64,000 bases of DNA from Eledone cirrhosa (taxonomy: Eukaryota): the NCBI GenBank assembly GCA_964016885.1, contig OZ024743.1, positions 278,442,001-278,506,000 of the forward strand. The letters are read 5' to 3'. Position 1 is the stretch's first letter; each line of letters opens with the position of its first letter. Position numbers and translations under genes: made by a program. Of this stretch, positions 52,466 to 64,000 are shown piece after piece. Under the pieces are notes generated by a model that ran no database searches, was not told the DNA's origin, and saw nothing but the letters and a program-made list of their open reading frames with translations.

Positions 52466-52645
52466 ATATAAAAAGGCTTCTACAGGACTAGAAGTGTTAC
52501 ATTCGGGAGAAGTCATCAGGACTTCCTGGTGATTTCTCCCGAATGAAACAGTTATAGTCCTGTAGAAGCCTTTCTATATTAAATATTTATACTCTGCTTT
52601 GTATTGAGTACCTTACTTACTGTGGTCACCCCCGATTGAACCCGG
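52461..52645 (+). mobile_element. Fold-back PLE pLTR stub (family P1) with hammerhead-like motif 52522-52568
   Basis: Palindrome 52461-52584; CTTC-CTG(G/A)TGA-..-GAAACAG..CTGTA-GAAG; (TA)n on both sides. Confidence 0.65.
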
Positions 52646-52664
52646 TATATATATATATATATTT

Positions 52665-52763
52665 CGTGTCTTATATTTATAAATTTTATTTATAATAAAT
52701 TGGAGTGAAACAACTGGTGCGTGTGTTTCTTATTTGCAAAATGACCCTCCCAAAGTATAACAA
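52665..52763 (+). mobile_element. 3' stub of the PLE family at 25241
   Basis: GTGCGTGTGTTTCTTATT.GCAA.ATGACCCTCCCAAAGTATAACAA-(TA)n; another stub at 54868-54898. Confidence 0.75.
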
Positions 52764-52785
52764 TATATATATATATATATACATG

Positions 52786-54807
<2,022 letters not shown>

Positions 54808-54825
54808 ATATATATATATATATAT

Positions 54826-54872
<47 letters not shown>

Positions 54873-54893
54873 CATCATGACCCTCCCAAATAT

Positions 54894-54989
<96 letters not shown>

Positions 54990-55522
54990 GAGAGAGTATA
55001 TGTATGTATGGGTGTGCCTGGGGGTGTTATAGTGATCCCTTGCCCTGGCAGTTAAGTTTAAAACGTGTTGATAGAAAATGAGAAAATAATTTATTTGATT
55101 GACAAATGTGGTGGGGTTCATGTGAGACGTGGAGGGGAAATCTGCCTTGAAAATAAGTAAGATCGAAATAAAACTAAAAAATAAAATGATTAAAAGTTCA
55201 AATTCAAAGATAGGAATGAAATTAAATTGGAACAGTCACTTGCCCATTGAATGGTGTGTATATCTACATCAAGATAGTTGTTATAGATAAAAAGTTTTTT
55301 TTTTGTGGAATCGGTGTTCGGTTGTGTTTATATCTGTATTCCCTTATCTTTATTATTTTTATCTCTATTATTTTTATCATCTCATCTATATATATATAAG
55401 TACATATATATGTATGTATACATATGTACATAATACTGCCAATATCAACCGTGCACTTATTTGTATATGTATGTATGCATATATGTATATATTTAGATAC
55501 ATATTTGTTTTTATATATAATA

Positions 55523-56296
<774 letters not shown>

Positions 56297-57442
56297 TTTC
56301 CATTAAAGATATTGTTTATTTTGACATCACACCGTCTTCAAACGCATTTTGTCATGCCCTCTTCTTTCCTCGTGTTTCTATGTCATCCCTCTCATCTTAT
56401 TTCTTCGTTCGTGTATCTCTGTCAGGTGATCGTGTGACGTTCTACTTTCTCTTGTCAAATAACCTCAGTTCGCAAGGTCTTTTTACCTTATGTCCTACCC
56501 TTCACTACTGAATTGCGTTTCTAATTGACTTCGGTTCACAATTGCTGGATGTCTAATGTTTAGGATGCTTCTGGAGTAGTTATTTATGATTAGTTGTGGC
56601 TTTGTTAGAATATTTGTATTCCAATTTAATTTGACGTCACAAGTGAAATGTTTTGACGTGTCAATCTACAATACTATCATCTTTTTCTACTTCCCGTCTG
56701 TCTGGAGAGTACATTCTAAGTGTACATAACCCGTTCACTCTCGTGCTGCTTGGTGAATTCTCATCCTATGTGCTAGTGTCGAACCGCTGCTATGGATGTT
56801 TTTATAGTTGTTTAGGCAAAGTCCAGTCATTCGTGAGCAGAAGTAAATCAAAGGTCTTCAGTACTGACTGTTCATATTGTTTATATTTTGTAGATTCAGA
56901 ATTTCATTAAATAATGTGTTCATCGGTCAGTGTTTTATTTTCTATATTTCTTTAAGTGGTAGTGTGTGATTTGATGGAGAGTAAGTTGAATGACTGAAAT
57001 AAGACTTCCTCATCACATAAATTTCGTTTTGTTATCGTGAGAATTTTCTCAAATATGTTTAGTTGATCCTGTACATTTTTGGCGGCCGTTTTCCCTTCTG
57101 CAAAGAAATAAACTATTATTTCTCTTGTACGTAGCTTGCTAGAAGCTACACAGGGTAAGGCAGTATAATAGATGTTAGGAAACCTGGAAATTATAGTTGC
57201 ATTTCCATCAACGCCTTTATTGCCTTATTTTAATGGTTGAGCTGGTTACTGGGGAAAAATGTGAAATGCTGAGAGTAGGAGAGAGAAGATAGAAACTGTA
57301 CAAGGTTTTATGAAAAAGGAATATGATAAACGTAGGTATTCGTACCGAGGATGTCAGGCGCATTACTCTATGTATGTCTATCCTTCTACTTGACCATCGA
57401 TGTTAATTATCTAACGTTTAGATGGTTTTCAGATTGTTCATA

Positions 57443-57534
<92 letters not shown>

Positions 57535-57535
57535 G

Positions 57536-57581
<46 letters not shown>

Positions 57582-57993
57582 AACTGTCTGTCTGTCTATG
57601 TATCCATTTACTACTCTATCAGTGGGCTAATATGCCTCTTTCGTTCCTAACACATATGTACGTATTAATGTTGGTATGGAGTGACTATGGAGGCTTTACT
57701 AATATGAAAATATTAACGAAAAACTTAGTTACAGATAAAGCATACGCGATAATCTATAATAAATAGTATTCTACAACCCGTAAGAAATTATAAATCAAAT
57801 GTCTACGTTTGTTTTTTTGCCATTCCAATGACAGATTATGTCAATTGCATATGCAACTAGTATGATGACCATTCTGATTCTAAAGGAAGGAATCGAAATG
57901 TTAATACATACATGGATTTAGGAACGTTACTGTCCAAACTAAGCATAAAGAACTAAAAAAAGAAATATGAAAAAAACCCTTAATATAAATAAT

Positions 57994-58173
57994 TGTTTCT
58001 ACTTTTGGCACAAGGCCAGCAATTACCCAGAGCAGTACTGGCACTTTATCTTATCGACCCCGTAAGGATGAAAGGCAAAGTTAACCTCGGCGGGATTTGA
58101 ACTCAGAATGGCAAAGGCCGTAACTCTATACGTCAAAGCATAGCGTCCGACCCTCTACCGATACTGCCAATCC
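57994..58173 (-). mobile_element. SINE family 1 with 18 bp TSD
   Basis: ACCCTTAATATAAATAAT at 57976-57993 and 58174-58191. Confidence 0.9.
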
Positions 58174-58376
58174 ACCCTTAATATAAATAATCAAGCTGAA
58201 ACATAGTCGTGTTTTCAAAATAACACACACAGACACACACAGGCACACACACACACATACACGCGTGCGCGCGCGCGCACTCACGGTCGCAAACAAATAT
58301 ACATTTTATTTATATTTGAATTAAATTACACACACACACACACACACGCATACATATATATATATATATACGTACA

Positions 58377-58410
<34 letters not shown>

Positions 58411-58512
58411 CGTACATATACATACATTAATGTATTCATACATATATAGTTACATATCTACCCACATACATACAAATACGTAAGTACATACATACATATC
58501 TCCATACATACA

Positions 58513-59260
58513 TAATGATGATGGCTGCCCCCTCATTGTCGAGTATGGCCATTGCACGATGTACCATTATTATTAATTAATAATTAATTCTATCGTGCAT
58601 TTAAGGTGAGGAAAGACTGTGCACTGAGCCAATCCCACTCTCTGAGCGACAGTAGCTATAACCCGAAAAGAAGAAAACATACATGCATACATACATACAT
58701 AATGATGGTTGCCCCCTCGTTATTGAGTATGGCTGACCCCTCGTTATCGGGTATGGCCATTGCACGATATACCATTATTAATAATTATTAATTAATTCTA
58801 TCGTGCAATGCCTGTGCATGAAGATATTTTTTAAAGTGAGGAAAGACTGTGCACTGAGCCAATCCCACTCTCTGAGCGACAGTAGCTATAACCCGAAAGG
58901 AAGAAAAGATCAACATAATCGGTAACTACTGAACCGCAGGTTTTATATCGGAGTTATCCCAGTTTCCTGAGTTGTCTTCTCCTAGAAGAATGCCCTGACA
59001 AAGGCTAGGGGTCCTTCACTTCCAGTGGTTAACCGCGCGGTACATGTATATATACATATTTACACACTTTTGGATGGCGGTTGACTCTTATGGGCTCTTC
59101 CGCCCTTTGTCAGATTTTGTTTTTTGTCCTGCAGGGTGTTCCAAATTACCCTCCTCACCAAGTAAACTGGCAGGGGTTGCCGGTTTAGTCGCCGACGACC
59201 CGACCATGCGACAGGTTGTACTGGGTTACATGTTACCAGTAGCACTCAAGAGTGACCCGA
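58513..59260 (-). mobile_element. Putative non-autonomous RTE-like element with duplicated 3' end
   Basis: Minus-strand start resembles RTE 5'UTRs (CCTGTCGC..GCGACTAAACCGGCAACCCC); 3' block duplicated at 58513-58678 and 58700-58907; (ATGT)n flanks. Confidence 0.5.
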
Positions 59261-59501
59261 CATAGATACATACATACATACATACATACATACATACATA
59301 CATACATACATACATACATGAATGCATGCATACATACATACATACATGCATACGTTTATACATACATACTTTTATACATACATGTATACTTACATTCATG
59401 CATAATGAGTTATGAAAAACAATGCACGTACGTTTACTTCTGTCATTATATATTTTGTTTTTCTTTATTTTCCTTAGTATTGATTTATCACGTTTACTCA
59501 A

Positions 59502-59561
<60 letters not shown>

Positions 59562-60048
59562 GCTGCTGCTGTTGCTGCTGCTGCTGTTGCTGTTAGTAAT
59601 ACTACTAATACTAATACTGCTGCTAATAATTATTTGAACAACAACGATGATGATGGTGATGATAATGGTGATAATGGTGATAAAACCAATTCTTTTATCG
59701 GCGCCCTGGTGGCAAATAAAGACAAAAATATGATTATCATTTATTACGGTTTTATGGTTAATGTTGATATTATTGTTATGGTTGTTGCTATTATATTACT
59801 TTTTAAAATCTAATTTGTAAGTTATTAAGTATCTCTTGGCAGACCAAGCCATCAACAAAACGGTAGATCTATTCATGTTATTATTATAAGCCTGTATTTT
59901 TGCCTGTCTTTGTTATTTATTCGTTGTATACTTATCTCTTTTACAATCAATACAACAGTATAAGTAACGTATACACACACACACACATACACCCCCACCC
60001 CCCCACCCCCCCACCCCACCCACACACACACACATATATATATATATA

Positions 60049-60230
60049 TAATTGTTTCTATTTTGGGCACAAGGCCAGCAATTATCCCAGTGCATTACTG
60101 GTACTTTATTTTATCGACCCCGTAAGGATGAAAGGGAAAGTTAACCTCGGCGGGATTTGAAATCAGATTATAAAGGGCCGTAACTCTTTGCTGCAAAGCA
60201 TGGTGTCAGAGCCTCTACAGATACTGCAAA
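60049..60230 (-). mobile_element. SINE family 1
   Basis: Family motifs. Confidence 0.85.
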
Positions 60231-60276
60231 TGAGCAAGAACAAGGTGTCAAAGTATCATCATTAAGTTTCTTCATG

Positions 60277-60361
60277 TGTGACGTGCGTTTCGCGATTGAT
60301 TAACTCAAGGTACGATCTGTAATGGTCGGGTTCGACTCTGGAATCAATAGCTCATCAGACT
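60277..60361 (-). ncRNA. Hammerhead ribozyme motif with long stem II, probably from a decayed PLE (about 60240-61330)
   Basis: CTGATGA-GCTATTGATT...AATCAATCGC-GAAAC-GCAC-GTC-AC. Confidence 0.65.
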
Positions 60362-61477
60362 CGTCTATTCCTTATTGACGGGTGAGATCCGCGTGCAGCT
60401 TTCAATTAACATTTCTCATTTACTTGATGGATCCGTTGTCTTTGTTTTGATTGGTTGGTTGGAGGAAGGATAGCATAGAGAAGAGGCGGGAAGACGTAGA
60501 AAGGAACGGAAATGATCCGAAAAGAGAAAGAAAGGAGAAAAGAGAATGAGACTAAGAATAAGAAGCGAGTAGTTGAATTGTTGCACATATGTAGTAGTGG
60601 ACAGAATGGATAAATGTTAAAGGTGCAGGGGTTAGAAGATTAGGAGTAAGTGGCGGTAGTTGGGAACAGGAGATAAAAGTGAATGGGATGCAAGAGAAAA
60701 GGAAGAAAAGAAAAGAAAAAAGAAAGAGGAGAAGAAAAGAAGGAAGGGAAAATAAGAAAGGGTGTGTAGTAACAGGTTGGGGACGTGAGACGATGCCAAA
60801 CATAAATTAAAATGAAATGAGTAAAAATGGTCAGAGAAAAAGTTCCAAGTCAAAAATGAAAACTGAAAATAAAACATAATATAAAATGGCGAGGTACAAG
60901 GAAAATTCACGAATAAAAATTGAAATAAAAATTGAAAATGAAATAAATATTAAATAATGATAAAATATAAGAGAGATAAAAAAATAAATATATATATATA
61001 TAAAAGAAAGTAAAATAGTAAAATAGTAAAATAGTAAAGGAAAATAAAGATTAATTCGTCCAAGTCGCTGAGGGCATCGTGGCCTCCGTCTAGGAGCTGC
61101 GATGAATAAGGACCTCTTTCAGCCTAATTTGGACAGGTATGCACCTTTTTCATCTCCACGAAGCGCTCGCTTGAATTTTATATTCCGGATCATGTTAATA
61201 ATTCAGCACTCGAATTCCTCCAGGTGGCGTTGTGTGGTGGGTTTTGTTCAAGATATGAAAAGGCGCTGAGGTGGTTGTTACTTTCCTCGCCTTTTTCGAG
61301 GGACCATCGCATTCTTCAGACAAATTAGTGTTATATATATATATATATATATATAAACGAAGAAAGGACAAGACAATAAACGGAAACCAAATAAAACGAT
61401 AAATATTTTTTTAAGAGGAAACCTTAACAATATATTTAAAAAAGTAAATATACAAATGACTGACACAATACACACAC

Positions 61478-61597
<120 letters not shown>

Positions 61598-61762
61598 ATA
61601 TGAGAGCGTGTGTACATATAAATGTTATGTTAATTTATATTTTATTGCGTGCTGTTTTACCGTTAGTGTAGTGTATGCTATATTATTATATTGTTATCGT
61701 GATATAATTATGTTATTTTATATCAGGGTGTCGTATTGGTTTATATTATATTAAATCTTCCT

Positions 61763-62040
61763 GACTTAGTGGGTAGGATGTTCAGTGCACAATCGTCGGT
61801 TCGATTACCGGGGGCGAGTTGTTTTCTTGAGCAAACTACTATATTTTACGATGCTCCAGTCCATTCAGCTTATATAAAAGGAATTGCACCTGTAATTTGA
61901 AATGTCAGTGTCACACTTAATCTCCGTGAGAAATACGTCATAGAAACATGTGTCTGTGGTGTGCTCAGCCAGCTACACAATAATGTTATGAGCAAGCTGT
62001 TCTGTTGTTCAACGACGACAGTTAATGTCACAACCGACAG
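61763..62040 (+). mobile_element. Degenerate SINE family 2
   Basis: TAGTGG..GGTTCGATTACC..TTCTTGAGCAAA..GCTCCAGTCCATTCAGCT. Confidence 0.55.
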
Positions 62041-63019
62041 AGCTCTAATAAATTATGTTATTAGCGGTCGATTTGTAGATTCGTTAAAATGTCGGATAAA
62101 CTGTATTTCGATATTTGCGTTGACACACGGTTCTCTGCGTTCAAATCAGTCTCATGATTACTTTTCCTTTTGTCTTATTAGGATCGACAATGAAAGTATG
62201 AGCACAGTGCTGGTGCCACAATTTCTCCCACTTGTTATATTATGATAGTTCTACTTTCACTTTCAACGACCAGCATTTGGTTATTCTATCAACTGAATAT
62301 CCAAATCATGCATTGGAACAAATTAAATTTAGAGATCACACTTATGAATGTTTAGGTGGCCACATACGGGGTTTGCAAAACATATCAGGTTGTTTGAGTA
62401 TTTTAAAGATAGGGGCTCATATTCTATCACAAAATGCAATGTGGAATGGAACGTCTTATTAAAAACAACAACCCGCCACCGAGACAAAGAATCGAACCCA
62501 GTACCATATAATTTTCAGTCCAACATATAATACATTAGTATCCGCGTCTTCCCAACTCATGCAGTAACGTGTAACTGGATAAGATTTCAATAAACGCGTG
62601 TACCTTTAACGTAATTCTCAAGTGAAATCAACGTGACACAATACCTGACAAAGCTGGACCGTTGAATTACACCGTGTAACAAAACAATTTTTTTTCTCTG
62701 TTCCTGGCTTGTAATCACTTTTTTGTGTTGCATAGGTCCCAAATAAATAAAAAAGTGCTATTAAACAGTTAAAAGTTTGGGTTTGTAAAAATTCTAAGCT
62801 ATTCACTAGAATTATTTGTATGCTGGATTTTATGTTGTATGTAAGTTTAATTTGCTTATGTTAAATGATTTTTTTAATATATGTTTCAGTTTAAATTAAA
62901 ATTATAAAATAAAGAGTAATACCTAAAGAAAATTATAAAAGTGCAATAAAGTATAAAATTGTTAAAAAGTGGATTAAAGAGATTTATTGATACTGGATTT
63001 TCGCACCCTGAATAAAGGG

Positions 63020-64000
63020 TAAGTTGTGCTTTAAGCATTCGTCTCCAGGATGAAGCAGTGGAACTTGTTCAAGGAGGAAGTGCAGGTGACAAGTCAAAGA
63101 AGTCGACACGAACCTTTTTCATGCTTTTACCCTCTTAGGGATGGCATCTGCTTCTGCCATGACGTGCCAAGCCTGTTTGACATTATTGGGGTGCCGTCTG
63201 TGCCCAAAGAGTGGCGGCTATTTATAGACAGTTCCACCACAAGTGTGAAGGCTGTCCTCCTCCACAATGGAAACAAGTTCCCGACACTGCCCCTAGCTCA
63301 TTCAGTCTGATTGAAGGAAGATTACTACAGTGTGAAAGCCCTCTTGGAAGCTCTGCATTATAACCAGTACAATTGGGAAATGATTGGAGACTTCAAGATG
63401 GTGGCTTTCCTGCTTGGACTCCAAGGAGGCTTTATAAAATTCCAATGCTTCCTCTTCCTTTGGGACAGCAGAGCCACCTCTGAACACTACTAAAGAAAGA
63501 ACTGGGATCAGCGAACAGAATTTGTAGTTGGGACCCGGAACGTCATGTGGGAGCGACAGGTTGATCCCAGGATTGTGCTCATGCCGCCACTGCACATTAA
63601 GTTTGGGTTGATGAAGCAGTTTGTGAAGGCTCTCAACCAAGAATCAGCTGCTTTTAAGTACCTTCTTGAGTTCTTCCCCAAGTTATCTGATGCCAAATTC
63701 AAAGGTGGAATGTTTGTTGGACCTCAGATAAAGAAGGTGTTTGAGTTTACCGAGTTCTCCAATAAGCTCAATAGGATTGAGAGAACAACATGGAACTGTT
63801 TCAAGGCAGTTGTTAAGGGCTTCCTGGGCAACTACAGAGCTAAAATCTACCAGCAACTGGTGCAGGATCTGATAAAGGCTTTTGGCGCCATGGGATGCAG
63901 GATGTCGCTTAAACTCCATATGCTGGACGCTCACCTGGAAAAATTCAAGGACAATATGGGCGCCTACTCAGAAGAACAAGGCGAACGATTCCACCAAGAT
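63020..64000 (+). pseudogene. DNA transposase relic, probably Chapaev3 (CMC); runs off the window
   Basis: WRLFIDSS..KAVLLHNGN, DFKM..LLGLQGG, LWDSR, PPLHIKFGLMKQFVKAL, MSLKLH, SEEQGERFHQD; in-frame stops at 63308 and 63491; family assignment from recalled motifs. Confidence 0.75.

Noticed and set aside
56400-57100. Possible old LINE relic on the minus strand
   Set aside because: No unambiguous motif found by eye
63050-64000. Functional or domesticated transposase, or selenocysteine readthrough at TGA 63308
   Set aside because: A TAA also interrupts at 63491; simple decay is sufficient

Overview
AT-rich, microsatellite-dense eukaryotic DNA with no recognisable host gene. The SINE families suggest an octopod cephalopod (inference). 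The window is almost entirely transposon-derived. (1) Six Tx1/L1-clade LINE copies in three subfamilies; every copy ends in ATT-type repeats, and the two with intact 5' ends also start in (ATT)n. (2) R4/Dong-clade RT+RLE LINE pieces in the same microsatellite on the opposite strand. (3) A tRNA-derived SINE whose 3' tail resembles the Tx1 tail; three copies have 18-19 bp TSDs that begin ATTATT. (4) Penelope-like (Neptune-type) elements and several fold-back pLTR stubs sitting in (TA)n, carrying hammerhead ribozyme motifs, including a U3-A8 core variant. (5) A non-autonomous Helitron, a mariner relic, a Chapaev-like transposase relic, a MITE and an RTE-like non-autonomous element with a candidate HDV-like ribozyme. 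All TE ORFs are disrupted or truncated. Main leads: the ATT-targeting Tx1/SINE/Dong system, a possible 52-nt intron that would fuse Tx1 ORF1 to ORF2 in frame, ORF1/5'UTR swapping on a shared ORF2, and the ribozyme-bearing palindromes. All alignments and folds were done by eye, so boundaries are approximate.
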